Shown in pieces: positions 24,843-34,900 of a stretch of DNA of 38,136 bases. The translations under genes were made by a program, and so were the position numbers. The notes under the pieces were generated by a model, which saw nothing but the letters and a program-made list of their open reading frames with translations, did no database searches and was not told the origin of the DNA. How positions within the stretch are numbered: the stretch's first letter is position 1; the number at the start of each line of letters is the position of its first letter. Source of the DNA: Actinomycetota bacterium (GTDB lineage Bacteria > Actinomycetota > Acidimicrobiia > IMCC26256 > VFJJ01); assembly GCA_009886115.1 (NCBI GenBank), contig VFJJ01000115.1:1-38136 (forward strand), in the 5' to 3' direction.

Positions 24843-25709
24843 TCACACCTTGAAGCCGCCGCCGGCGACGTCGATGGTGACGCCGTTCACGAAGCTGGCG
24901 TCGTCGCTCAGCAAGAAGGCCATCACGGCGGCGGTCTCGTCGGGATCCTGGTAGCGCCCGGCCACGAAGCGCTGGCGCGGGTAGTCGTCGACGGTCGTCC
25001 CGGCATCTGCTGCCATGCCCAGGAACTGCGGGTTCGACCGGCCACCCGTGGGGTTCACCCCGAGCGGTGAGGCGGCGTTGACCCTGATCCCGTGCACGGC
25101 GAGCTCCTCGGCCATCTTCGAGACGATCCGGTTGGCGCCGGCCTTGGCCGCCGAGAACGCGCCGACGTTCAAGCCGCCGGTGTGGGTGGCGAAGCTCGAC
25201 ATCACCACGATGGCTCCGGGCCGGCCCCCGGCCACCATGGCGGCCGCCGCGGCCCGGGCCACGAGCCAGGCCCCTTTGAGGTTGAGCGCGATGGCGCGGT
25301 CGAAGGCCTCCTCGCTCACGGCCAGCAGCGAACCGTCGCCGATGGGTGCGCCCGTGCCCCCCGAAACGGTCGCGCACAACGTGACCGGGCCCAGCTCGCG
25401 CTCGGCCGCGGCCACGGCGCCGTGCACGGCATCGGAGTCGGACGGGTCGGCGTGTGCCACGATCGCCTTGCGCCCCATGGCCCTGATGGTCGACGCCAGC
25501 TCTTCGAGCTCGCCGGCGGTGCAGCACGCCGTGTCGGGAAGGCGGCCGTCGCCATCGGGCTCGACCACTCGATCGACGACGGCCACGTCGGCGCCACCCG
25601 TCGCCAGCCTGATGGCCAGGGCCCGACCGACGTACGGCGGACGGGCTGCGCCGAACACGACGGCGACCCGTCCGGCGAAGGGCGTGGCGGAATAGGGGAG
25701 GCTGGCCAT
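24843..25709 (-). CDS. Atypical SDR family protein (FxxxK instead of YxxxK)
   Basis: SDR fold motifs GAIVVMSS, ELA.HGIRVNA.SP, FLLSDDASFVNG..I.V.GG; altered Gly-rich and catalytic motifs. Confidence 0.8.
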   Translation of the reverse strand: MASLPYSATPFAGRVAVVFGAARPPYVGRALAIRLATGGADVAVVDRVVEPDGDGRLPDTACCTAGELEELASTIRAMGRKAIVAHADPSDSDAVHGAVAAAERELGPVTLCATVSGGTGAPIGDGSLLAVSEEAFDRAIALNLKGAWLVARAAAAAMVAGGRPGAIVVMSSFATHTGGLNVGAFSAAKAGANRIVSKMAEELAVHGIRVNAASPLGVNPTGGRSNPQFLGMAADAGTTVDDYPRQRFVAGRYQDPDETAAVMAFLLSDDASFVNGVTIDVAGGGFKV

Positions 25710-25751
25710 GGTCGACTCCGAGCTTCTGCGCTGGGTCAGAGGGTGGGGGCG

Positions 25752-27359
25752 CTACGCCTTCGACTGCAGCTCGATCGCCCGCTGGCGCAGCTCGAACTTG
25801 AGCACCTTGCCCGAAGCGTTGAGCGGGAAGGCATCGACGATGTGGACGGCCCGGGGCGCCTTGTAGTTCGCCATCTCGTTGCGGCTCCAGGCGATGAGCT
25901 CCTCGGCCGTGACCGACGCCCCGGTGCGCACCTGGACGAACGCCACCCCCACCTCGCCCATCCGCTCATCGGGGATGCCCACCACCGCCGCGGCAGCGAC
26001 CCCCGGGTGCGCCATGAACGTCCCCTCGATCTCGGCGGGATAGGCGTTGAAACCACCGACGATGAACATGTCCTTCAGGCGATCGGTGATGATCACATAC
26101 CCGCGATCGTCCATCGTGCCGATGTCGCCGCTGTGCAGCCAGCCCTGGGCATCGATGGTCTTGGCGGTCTCGTCGGGATCGTCGAGGTAGCCCAGCATGA
26201 GGTTGTACCCGCGTACGACGATCTCGCCGGGCGTGCCCCGCGGGACCTCGTTGCCCTCGGTGTCGACCACGAGCACCTCGACCCCGTCGATGGCCCGACC
26301 CGAGGTGCGCGCGATCGTCTCGGGGTCGTCGTCGTGACGGCACATCGTCGCGATGCCGTGGGTCTCGGTGAGGCCGTATCCGGTGACGATGTTCTTGAAC
26401 GTGAGCTCGCGCCGCATGCGATAGATCATCTCGACGGGGATGGCCGCGGCCCCCGTCACCGAGAGGCGCAGCGACGAGAGGTCGTAGCTGGCGAGGTCGG
26501 GATGGTTGAGGATCGTCATGTAGATCGCAGGCGGTCCGGGCAGCATCGACACCCGCTCCTCGGCCACCCGGGCCATCACCTGCGGCACGTCGAACACCGG
26601 CTGGGGAATGACGGTGACCCCCTTCATCAAGCTCGCCAGCAACCCCGAGTTGAGCCCGAAGGAGTGGAAGAACGGGTTGATGATCAGGTATCGGTCGCCC
26701 TGCTCGAGCCCGACCACGTCGGCCCAGGAGTCGTACGCGCGCAGTGTCGCACCGTGGATGAGCATGGCCCCCTTGGGCATCCCGGTCGTGCCCGAGGTGA
26801 ACAGCAGGTTGCACAGATCGTCGGGCTGTACGGCCAGCGCGCGGGCCTCGGCGGTCTCGGTGTCGACGGACGCGGCGCGGGCGAGGAAGTCGGAGAACGC
26901 CACGCACCCTTCGGGGACGACCCCCCGGAGCACGACCGTCTCGCGCAGCTCCGGGAGCTCGGCGCCGTGGTCGCGCAGCATCTGCACGTAGTCGGCGTCG
27001 AGGAAGCTCGTGACGGTGAAGAGCATGCGGGCCTTGGACTTCGCCAGGATGTAGCTCGCTTCGCGGCCCTTGAAGCGGGTGTTGAGCGGGACGAGCACCC
27101 CGCCGGCGCTGTGGATCCCGATGGCGGCGACCGCCCACTCGTGGATGTTGGGCGCCCACACCGCGACCGTCTCGCCCGGCGCGAGACCCGATGCGATGAA
27201 TGCCCGGGCCGCTTCGTCGATGCGCTCTGCGTACTCGGGAAACGTCCAGCGGATCTCGCGGTCGCCATCGCGGTCGACCATGGCCTCGATGTCGGGGTAG
27301 CGCTCAGCCGCGCTGCGCACCAGTCTCGGGATCGTGCCCCACTCGACGTCTCCTCGCAT
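25752..27359 (-). CDS. fadD3: FadD3-family acyl-CoA ligase (HIP-CoA synthetase)
   Basis: LFTSGTTG.PKG, GDRYLIINPFFH.FG, TGYGLTE, GWLHSGD.G, DRLKDMFIVGGFNAYPAEIE, MANYK.PR; HIP cluster context. Confidence 0.85.
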   Translation of the reverse strand: MRGDVEWGTIPRLVRSAAERYPDIEAMVDRDGDREIRWTFPEYAERIDEAARAFIASGLAPGETVAVWAPNIHEWAVAAIGIHSAGGVLVPLNTRFKGREASYILAKSKARMLFTVTSFLDADYVQMLRDHGAELPELRETVVLRGVVPEGCVAFSDFLARAASVDTETAEARALAVQPDDLCNLLFTSGTTGMPKGAMLIHGATLRAYDSWADVVGLEQGDRYLIINPFFHSFGLNSGLLASLMKGVTVIPQPVFDVPQVMARVAEERVSMLPGPPAIYMTILNHPDLASYDLSSLRLSVTGAAAIPVEMIYRMRRELTFKNIVTGYGLTETHGIATMCRHDDDPETIARTSGRAIDGVEVLVVDTEGNEVPRGTPGEIVVRGYNLMLGYLDDPDETAKTIDAQGWLHSGDIGTMDDRGYVIITDRLKDMFIVGGFNAYPAEIEGTFMAHPGVAAAAVVGIPDERMGEVGVAFVQVRTGASVTAEELIAWSRNEMANYKAPRAVHIVDAFPLNASGKVLKFELRQRAIELQSKA

Positions 27360-27382
27360 GGCCGGGATCCTAGGCTCGGCCC
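27360..27382. promoter_or_regulatory. Back-to-back overlapping -10 elements (bidirectional leaderless promoter)
   Basis: TAGGCT (27371-27376, +) 6 nt before ATG 27383; TAGGAT (27372-27367, -) 7 nt before ATG 27359. Confidence 0.6.
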
Positions 27383-27868
27383 ATGGTGCGACTTCAGGCC
27401 GGCGGGTTCGGCGCGATCGTCAGGCGGGTGCTCGGCGCGGCACTCGGGCTCGTGGTGATCGCCGGCTGCGGCGGAGGCGACGACCCGGGCGAAGCCGATC
27501 GGCTCGCCGCTGCCGACCTCACCGTGGGCGTCTGCTTCGACGAGCCGATCGTCGCCGCCGAGATCGATGCGGTCGACACCGTCGCCTGCGCGGGAGCCCA
27601 CGTCTACGAGGTCTATGCGTTGTTCGACCTCCCCCTCGGTGCCGCCGCGGCCTTCCCCGGAGACAGCCCGGTGGGCGCCGCCGCCTTCCAAGGGTGCGTG
27701 AATCAATACTCGGCCTTCGTGGGCTCCGAGTACGACGGGCGGACGAGCACCGTGGGCATCTTCCCGCTGGCGCCATCGGAACGCAGCTGGGGCGAGGGCG
27801 ACCGGTCGGTCACGTGCTCGGCGTTCCTCCGCAACGGCGACAAGGCGGTCGGCACCCTCGCAGGGTGA
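27383..27868 (+). CDS. Septum-formation family lipoprotein
   Basis: Lipobox IAGC; VG.CF, V.C...H..EV, FPG, PS..SW..GDR.V.C. Confidence 0.8.
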   Translation: MVRLQAGGFGAIVRRVLGAALGLVVIAGCGGGDDPGEADRLAAADLTVGVCFDEPIVAAEIDAVDTVACAGAHVYEVYALFDLPLGAAAAFPGDSPVGAAAFQGCVNQYSAFVGSEYDGRTSTVGIFPLAPSERSWGEGDRSVTCSAFLRNGDKAVGTLAG

Positions 27869-27903
27869 GGGTGTGACACGACCAGCTCTGCACGGGCCGG
27901 CCG

Positions 27904-29256
27904 TCAACGCCAGGCGACGACCGGACCGGCGACGGCCTCGAGGCGAGCCAGGTCGCTGAAGTCGACGGGTACCTCGATCACGGTGACGCCCCGCTTCGCG
28001 CCGGCGGCGAGGAGCACGTCGCGATGGTGCTCGATGCTCGTCACGCGCACGGCCCCCGAGACTCCCGTCGACCCTTCGCCGGAGGGCCCGGTCTCGGAAT
28101 GGCACCAGACCTCGAGCACGAGCGGCGCGTCGATGCGCCGAGCACAGTCGATCGCCAGGAGCGTCGTCCGATCGACGGGACCCGTGCTGACGGCGACGGC
28201 CGGCGTGCGGGGCGTGCGCGTACCGCAGGCGATCGCAGCCGCGGCAGCGATACCGGGCGCGACCATCGACGGCACCACGACGCTGCCCAGTTCGATGGTC
28301 GAGAACGTGCGGGCCACCCAGAACCCGGCCGGGCCGGGATCGGCGACGACGATGTGGCCCGGGCCCATCGTGGCGCGGATCTCGGCGACCGCCCGCCCCG
28401 GCGACATCGGGAACCGGTCGTCGACGAACAAGGGCTGGCACACGGCCGACATGCGTGAGAGGAAGTCGTTGGGACGAATGGTCGCCGGGGCATGTGGCCA
28501 CGAGCGGGCGAGCTCCGCGAGGTGGCGCGGGTCGACCTCGACCACGTCGCTGAGCGCCCACCGGCTCCGATCGCCGGCCTCGGATGGGTCGACCCCGGTG
28601 GCCACGACCAGATCGACGTCGGCGAAGCCCAGCAACTCGAAGTCGCGCTCCTGCAGACCGACCGTGCCCATGTGGTGCGGGCTGTTCCACTCGAAGACGC
28701 CCTTGGCGCCCCACGTGTTGGCGACGGCGAACCCCGTCGCCGCAGCGAACGCCCGCAGCCCGTCGACCGCCCCGGCTCGCACGACGCCGGGCCCGGCGAG
28801 CACCACGGTGTGGGCTCGGGCGGGGATCGCCGGCAAGGCCGCCGAGACCCCCGCAACCGTCTCCGCCGAGGGCATCACGAGACCCTCGGACGCCGACTCG
28901 GTGATCGGGAACCCGAGGCGGAGCACGACCGTCGCCCCGGCACCGGCGTTGACGATCAGGCCGGCCTCGGCGATGGCCCCGGGGAGATCGTCGGGCACGG
29001 CGACGGCGATCTCGGTCGGGGTCGCGCCCACGGCGGTCGTGATCCGAAGGTGCGGTCCCTCGAACACGGCGCAGCCGGCCGCCGGGCCCACCCGACCGTC
29101 GCCGTCGGCGATGAGCGCGGCGAGGACGGGGTTCCCCTCGACGATCTTCCGGAGGCCTCCGCCGCGCACGGTGTGACCGGCGACGGGTGGGCACACCACG
29201 CGTTCGACGCCGATGGCCGACAGGCACCGACCGAGCAGATCGGGGAGCGCTTCCAT
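27904..29256 (-). CDS. Degenerate thiamine-diphosphate enzyme homolog (acetolactate synthase-like fold)
   Basis: Central domain motifs VLAGPGV, TWGAKGVF, GTVG, DLVVATG, P.SP....EIR..M..IV.AD.G; no GDG motif. Confidence 0.7.
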   Translation of the reverse strand: MEALPDLLGRCLSAIGVERVVCPPVAGHTVRGGGLRKIVEGNPVLAALIADGDGRVGPAAGCAVFEGPHLRITTAVGATPTEIAVAVPDDLPGAIAEAGLIVNAGAGATVVLRLGFPITESASEGLVMPSAETVAGVSAALPAIPARAHTVVLAGPGVVRAGAVDGLRAFAAATGFAVANTWGAKGVFEWNSPHHMGTVGLQERDFELLGFADVDLVVATGVDPSEAGDRSRWALSDVVEVDPRHLAELARSWPHAPATIRPNDFLSRMSAVCQPLFVDDRFPMSPGRAVAEIRATMGPGHIVVADPGPAGFWVARTFSTIELGSVVVPSMVAPGIAAAAAIACGTRTPRTPAVAVSTGPVDRTTLLAIDCARRIDAPLVLEVWCHSETGPSGEGSTGVSGAVRVTSIEHHRDVLLAAGAKRGVTVIEVPVDFSDLARLEAVAGPVVAWR

Positions 29257-29276
29257 GGTCGAGGCGCTGTGGGGGC

Positions 29277-30086
29277 TCAGCCCAGATAGGCCGCGCGAAC
29301 CGCCGGGTTGCTGCGAACCTCGTCAGGGCTCCCCGTGGCGATCACCTGACCCAGGTTGAGTACCACGATGCGGTCGCACATCGCCATGACGAACGCCACG
29401 TCGTGCTCGACGAGGACCACCGAGCACCCTTCGTCGTCGCGGACCCGACGGACGGTCTCGCCGAGGTTGTGCGTCTCGGTCTCCTCGAGACCCGACGTGG
29501 GCTCGTCGAGCAGGAGGACCTTCGGACGGTCGACGATGGCTCGAGCCAACTCGACCATCCGGGCCCGACCGATGGGAAGCTTCCCGGCCGGCTCGTCCTT
29601 GACGTCGGTGATCCCGCACGTCTCCATGACCTCACGCGAGCGAAGCCGGCGTTCCTGCTCGCGTCGACGGCGACTCGGTGCCGCCACGAGGTCGGCGAGG
29701 AGCCCGCCGCCCCCGCCGTGCCACTCGAGCGCAGTGAGCACGTTCTCTTCGACGCTCAGCCATCCGAACGTCTGCTGGCGCTGGAAGGTGCGCCGCATGC
29801 CGTTGCGTGAGCGCCACGTGGCTGAACGCGACGTGATGTCGACGCCGTTGAGCACGATGCTGCCGGAGGTGGGCGTGCGGATGCCCGAGACGACATCGAA
29901 CAGGGTCGTCTTGCCGGCACCGTTGGGCCCGATCAGCCCCACGATCTCGCCCGGCGCGACCTGGATGTCGGCGTCGGTGAGCGCCGCGACGCCCCCGAAA
30001 CGAACGTTGATGCCCCTGGCCTGGAGGATCGGCGCTCCTCGGGGCGGCGCGGCATCGGCGGTTCCGGCTGGGCTGGTGGTCGACAC
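29277..30086 (-). CDS. ABC transporter ATP-binding protein (LivG-like)
   Basis: GLIGPNGAGKTT, RTFQ, ELARA, LLLDEPTSG, VEHD, P.EVR.NP.V..AYLG. Confidence 0.92.
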   Translation of the reverse strand: MSTTSPAGTADAAPPRGAPILQARGINVRFGGVAALTDADIQVAPGEIVGLIGPNGAGKTTLFDVVSGIRTPTSGSIVLNGVDITSRSATWRSRNGMRRTFQRQQTFGWLSVEENVLTALEWHGGGGGLLADLVAAPSRRRREQERRLRSREVMETCGITDVKDEPAGKLPIGRARMVELARAIVDRPKVLLLDEPTSGLEETETHNLGETVRRVRDDEGCSVVLVEHDVAFVMAMCDRIVVLNLGQVIATGSPDEVRSNPAVRAAYLG

Positions 30087-30178
30087 GGGGCGTGCTCCTC
30101 GTGGGTGGTGAGCCTCAACGACGCTAGATCAGACCCTCGGTCGCGGCAACCAGGCGCTCGACGGACCGGGGATGGCGA

Positions 30179-31657
30179 TCACTCCACGCACGTGAGCGGT
30201 GAGACGACCTCGAATCGACCGACCACGAGGGTGATCGAGCCCTGGGTGACGGTCTCCTCGGCGACTCGGAGCAGGCTCGTGCAGGCGACCGGCGCATCGT
30301 GGTTGGCCGGCCACGTGCTCGGTCCGACGCCGGCGAAGGGGTACGACAGACCCGAGGCACCCTGCGTGAACGACGCGGCCGTCGGCTCCGGGCCGGCTCG
30401 TTGGAGGATGGCCAAGAAGAGATCGGCCGACCAGTATCCGGCAGCCACCGCGGGGCGTCCGATCACCGCATCGTCGGCGCCGAGGGCCCGGAGGTCGGCC
30501 ACCATCTGGGCCACGGCGGGATTCCCCGTGTCTTGCACAGGTGAGAACGGGGTGGCCACGAGGCTGCCCAACAACGGCAGGCGCAACGCGTAGTTGGTGA
30601 CGTACGCCGGGTCGTGGGTCGAGGGGTTGACCTGGATGCCCGGGTACTCGAGCTCGGCCAGCGCCCGGGACAGGCCCACGACCGATGCCGGTTGGCCCAG
30701 GTGGAACACGACCGCTGGAGGGGCGCCACCCGCCGAGGTCATCACCCGGCTGGCCCACGGGGAGTAGTCGAATCGAGGCGTCGTGGGGAGCCCGCCGTCG
30801 ACGAGCACCACCTCGAACCCGGCTTCGACGACCATGTCGGCCAAGCGGGCGATCGCCACCTCGCTCGCCGGGCTGACGGTGTCACCGACGATGGCCGCGG
30901 TCGGGGCGGAGGCCTCCGGGCCGACGAGCACCTGCTGGGCGACAGCATCGACGAACGCCGACGACGCGAGCGCATCGGCGGTGATCCCCTGGGAGCCGAG
31001 CGGCTGCTCGATGCACCCGGTGACACCGAATCCGAACGGGTCGTGGCAGAAGCCGGGCGTCGGACCCCATCCCACGTACGGGATGCCTGCCTGCTGCAGG
31101 GGCGCGACCTGCGACGGCGCCAGTGCGGTCGACACCAACGGAACGACGGCGAAGTAGCGCTGCTCGCTCGCGATGCGTTCGATGGCGTCGCCCGCTCGGA
31201 CGCTGTCGCCGCGATCGTCGATGACCTCCACCAGGTCGACGGTTCGACCGTGCACGCCTCCGTCTGCGTTCGCACGTCGAAAGCGGGCCCGGGCGCCGAG
31301 GTCGGCGAGCTCATGGGCCGATCCCGTCGGGTGGGTGAGCGAGGCCAATCCGACGACGGCGATCGAGCGGTCGGTCACGCCGGGGGTGATCGCTCTGGCG
31401 ACGGTCGTTTCGGGCGCCGCGGTGCTGGTCGACGGCGCCTCGACCGACTGCTCGGTGACGCCTTTCGTTCCCGCCAGCCCGGGAGGAGATGTCGACGAGA
31501 TCGGGGCGTCGCTCCCCGACGAGCACGCCGTGAAGCCCGTCACGAGCACCAGCACCAGGGCACTCAGCCTGGCCGATCTCACCGGGCCACACGACGGTCG
31601 GGGCGTGTTCGCGTCGGCGCCGCCGGGACGTTGCGGGTGAGGCCGAACGAGATGCAT
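30179..31657 (-). CDS. ABC substrate-binding lipoprotein (branched-chain/type I periplasmic fold)
   Basis: Lipobox FTAC, S/T-rich linker, PGVTD..I, ARF.RAN..GGVHGR, DD.GD; GGGAG SD before ATG 31657. Confidence 0.8.
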   Translation of the reverse strand: MHLVRPHPQRPGGADANTPRPSCGPVRSARLSALVLVLVTGFTACSSGSDAPISSTSPPGLAGTKGVTEQSVEAPSTSTAAPETTVARAITPGVTDRSIAVVGLASLTHPTGSAHELADLGARARFRRANADGGVHGRTVDLVEVIDDRGDSVRAGDAIERIASEQRYFAVVPLVSTALAPSQVAPLQQAGIPYVGWGPTPGFCHDPFGFGVTGCIEQPLGSQGITADALASSAFVDAVAQQVLVGPEASAPTAAIVGDTVSPASEVAIARLADMVVEAGFEVVLVDGGLPTTPRFDYSPWASRVMTSAGGAPPAVVFHLGQPASVVGLSRALAELEYPGIQVNPSTHDPAYVTNYALRLPLLGSLVATPFSPVQDTGNPAVAQMVADLRALGADDAVIGRPAVAAGYWSADLFLAILQRAGPEPTAASFTQGASGLSYPFAGVGPSTWPANHDAPVACTSLLRVAEETVTQGSITLVVGRFEVVSPLTCVE

Positions 31658-31995
31658 CGTCATCTCCCGGGCCGAGGCGCTCACCGTCGGCGACCTTACC
31701 GCGCAGGCCTGCTCAGCGGTCGCGTGCTCGGTGACGTGCGGAGAGAATCGCGGCACGAGTGGGGCCGCGCCATGGTCGTGATCGCAGTGAGCGAGTGAGC
31801 GCGAACGCTGGGTGACGACGTTGGTGAATACCCCTGGGGTTCTGCCAGGGTCTCGGCTGCACATCGGCGATGAGCTGGGTAAACATCCAGGGGCCTCGAA
31901 GATGCGTTGTGTGACCAAACACCACCGACCGTGACAAATTGCTTCTGAGGGGTTAGTGTCCAGGCATCGGCGTCCAGTCACTCGGGGGAGGATCT

Positions 31996-34900
31996 GTGGG
32001 CCGCACGCCCAGCCAGGGCACACGGACGCGTCGTTCCCGCTCGTGGTCGGCCCGAGCCGCCCTGTCCGGTCGGCTCGTCGTCCAGCGACGGCGACGGCTC
32101 GTTCGGGTCACTGCAGCCCTCGCCGGTGTGGTGGTGATCGTCCCGCTGCTCCCCGCCGATGCGCTCGGGCCGGTGACCGTGGGTGAGTACCGCATCGAGA
32201 ACCTCGCCCCGGTCCGGGAGGTCGTCGGTCACAAGTCCGAGAGCAGCCGGCTCGCCCAGACCGACCCCAGCCTCGTCGGCATCGCCAGCCCGGCGCTCGT
32301 CGACGTGCTCGTGAAGCTCGACTACGACGCTGCCGCCGTGTACGAGGGCGGCGTCGCCGGGCTGGAGGCGACCAGCCCCGAGATCACCGGCCGTCCCCTC
32401 ACGCTCGACGATCCTGCGCTGCTGGCCTTCGACGAGTTCGCCGCCGGTGTCGAGGAGCGATTCGAGAACGACCTCGGGGTCGTCGCGCCCGGCGCCGACG
32501 TCATCGCCACGATCAGCATCGTCTACGGCGGGGTGGCCGCTAGCGTCCCCGGCGATCAGATCGACGACATCCTCGCCATCGATGGCGTCGTCGCCGTCCA
32601 GCGCAACGAGCTTCAACACGTCCTCACCGAAACGCCGACGAACCCCGAGAGCAACGGCGGCGACGACGACGGCACGGATCCCGGGCCGTTGCCGGATTCC
32701 GGCGGCGGGAGCCCGACCAGGCCCGTCGATCCGAGAACCGATCTCATCGGATCCTCGACGGTCATCGACTGGATCGGCGGTCCCGTGCTCGCCGGCCGGG
32801 GCGTCACGGTCGGGGTGCTCGACAGCGGCGTGTGGCCCGAGCATCCGTCGTTCGTGGCATCGCCGCTCCTGGCCGGCTTCGAACGGCCGGATGTTCCGTG
32901 CCAGCTCGGAGACAACCCCCTCACCGCCGAAGCAGATCCGTTCGCCTGCAACGCCAAGCTGGTGGGGGCCCGGGCTTCGACCACGTTCTACGACGCCGCC
33001 GCGGCGCAGGGCCTCGTGCCACCCGACCGGTATCCGGGGTCGGCCCGCGACGGCGACGGCCACGGCACCCACACGGCCACGACCGCCGCTGGGGCCCGGG
33101 TCGAGCAGGCACCGGTCCTCGGTCTCGACCGCGGTCCCGTCCAAGGGGTCGCACCCGGCGCCCAACTCGTCGTGTACAAGGTGTGTGGGCCCGCAGGGTG
33201 CTACGCCTCCGACACCATGGCCGCGGTCGAGCAGGCCATCCTCGATGGGGTCGACGTCATCAACTACTCGATCAGCGGCGGCAAGGACCCGTTCAACGAT
33301 CCCACGGAGCTCGCCTTCCTCGACGCCTACGCGGCCGGGATCTTCGTCTCGGCGTCGGCTGGCAACGGCGGGCCCACGGCGGCGTCCGTCCAGCATCTCG
33401 CTCCGTGGGTCACCTCGGTGGCCGTGTCGACCCTGGCTCGCGGGTTCACCACGACCGTGCACGTCGAGTCAGCCGGCGAGGCCACGATCGATCTCACCGG
33501 GGCGTCGATCCACCCGACCGGGCTGCCCGTTGCCACGCCGATCGTTCGGGCGCCGGGAGACGGGTCCTGCCGCACACCGCTGCCCCCAGAGACGTTCCAC
33601 GGTGAGATCGTGATCTGCCTGCGCGATCCCCTCGGCTCTTCGGCGGTGGTGGGTCGCGTCCGCAAGGGGATCAACGTGAAGATGGGCGGAGCCGGCGCCA
33701 TGGTGCTCGTGAACCCCGATCCGGGCGTGACGGTGTCCGACAGCCATGTGCTGCCGACGGTGCACCTCGATCAGGCGACCGGCGCCCAGCTCCTCGCCTT
33801 CCTCCTCGAGCTTCCCGCGAGCACGGCGAGCTTCGCGGCCGGGTCGGCCACGTCCGCTGTCGGTGACCAGATCGCCGAGTTCTCGAGCCGTGGGCCGGGC
33901 GGCCCGTTCCTCAAGCCCGATCTCACCGCGCCGGGCGTCGAGGTGCTCGCGGGCCATTCCCCCACCCCGGCGGAAGGCTCAGGTGGACCCTCGGGCGAGT
34001 ACTTCCAGTCGCTCAGCGGAACCTCGATGTCGGCGTCTGTGGTCGCGGGGGCCGCCGCGCTGATCAGGGCCAAGCATCGCGATTGGACCCCGGGGCAGAT
34101 CCAGTCGGCCCTGGCGACCACCGCCACTTCCACCGTCGCTCTCGACGGCACGGCCTCCTCGCCCTTCGACCAGGGCTCCGGCCGCGTCGACCTCCCCCGG
34201 GCGGCTCACCCCGGTCTCACCATCTCGGCGACCCACGCCGACTTCCTCGCGCTCGGCTCGAACCCGCTGACCCAGGTCGACCTCAACCTGGCCTCGATCC
34301 ATGCCACCGTGATGCCAGGCTCGATCTCGACGACGCGCACGGCGGTCAACGTCTCCGGGAGGACCCTCTCGTACTCGGTCGAGACCGCCACGTCCGACCC
34401 CGGGGTGGCGGTGTCGGTCTCGCCATCGTCGTTCACGGTCGAGCCCGGCGCGTCGGTCACGCTCGCGGTCACCGTCGAGGCGCCCGGAGTCGCTCCTGGG
34501 CGGTACTTCGGCGAGATCCGCATCACCGAGCAATGGAACGGGGCGCCGGCTCTGCATCTGCCGGTCGCCTTCGACCGTACGCAAGGCGGCGTGTCGCTCG
34601 CCACGACGTGTCGGCCCGTTGCGCTGCGGCTCCGAGACACGGCGAGGTGCACCGTCACCGCCCAGAACCAGACGTTCGGACCGGCCGACGTGAAGATCCT
34701 CACCACGGCCGATCGGCGATTGCGCGTGCACGGCGCCGAGGGTGCCGAGCGGATCGGCACCGCCAGCGTCGGCGTGGTCGGCACGCTCCCGGGCGTGGTG
34801 GCTTCGGCTCCCAGCCTGGTCTCTGCCGGACCGTCGCGCTTCGTCGACCTGGCGACCATCCCCGGGTTGGTGCCCTTGGCGCTCGGTGACGAGTCGGCCA

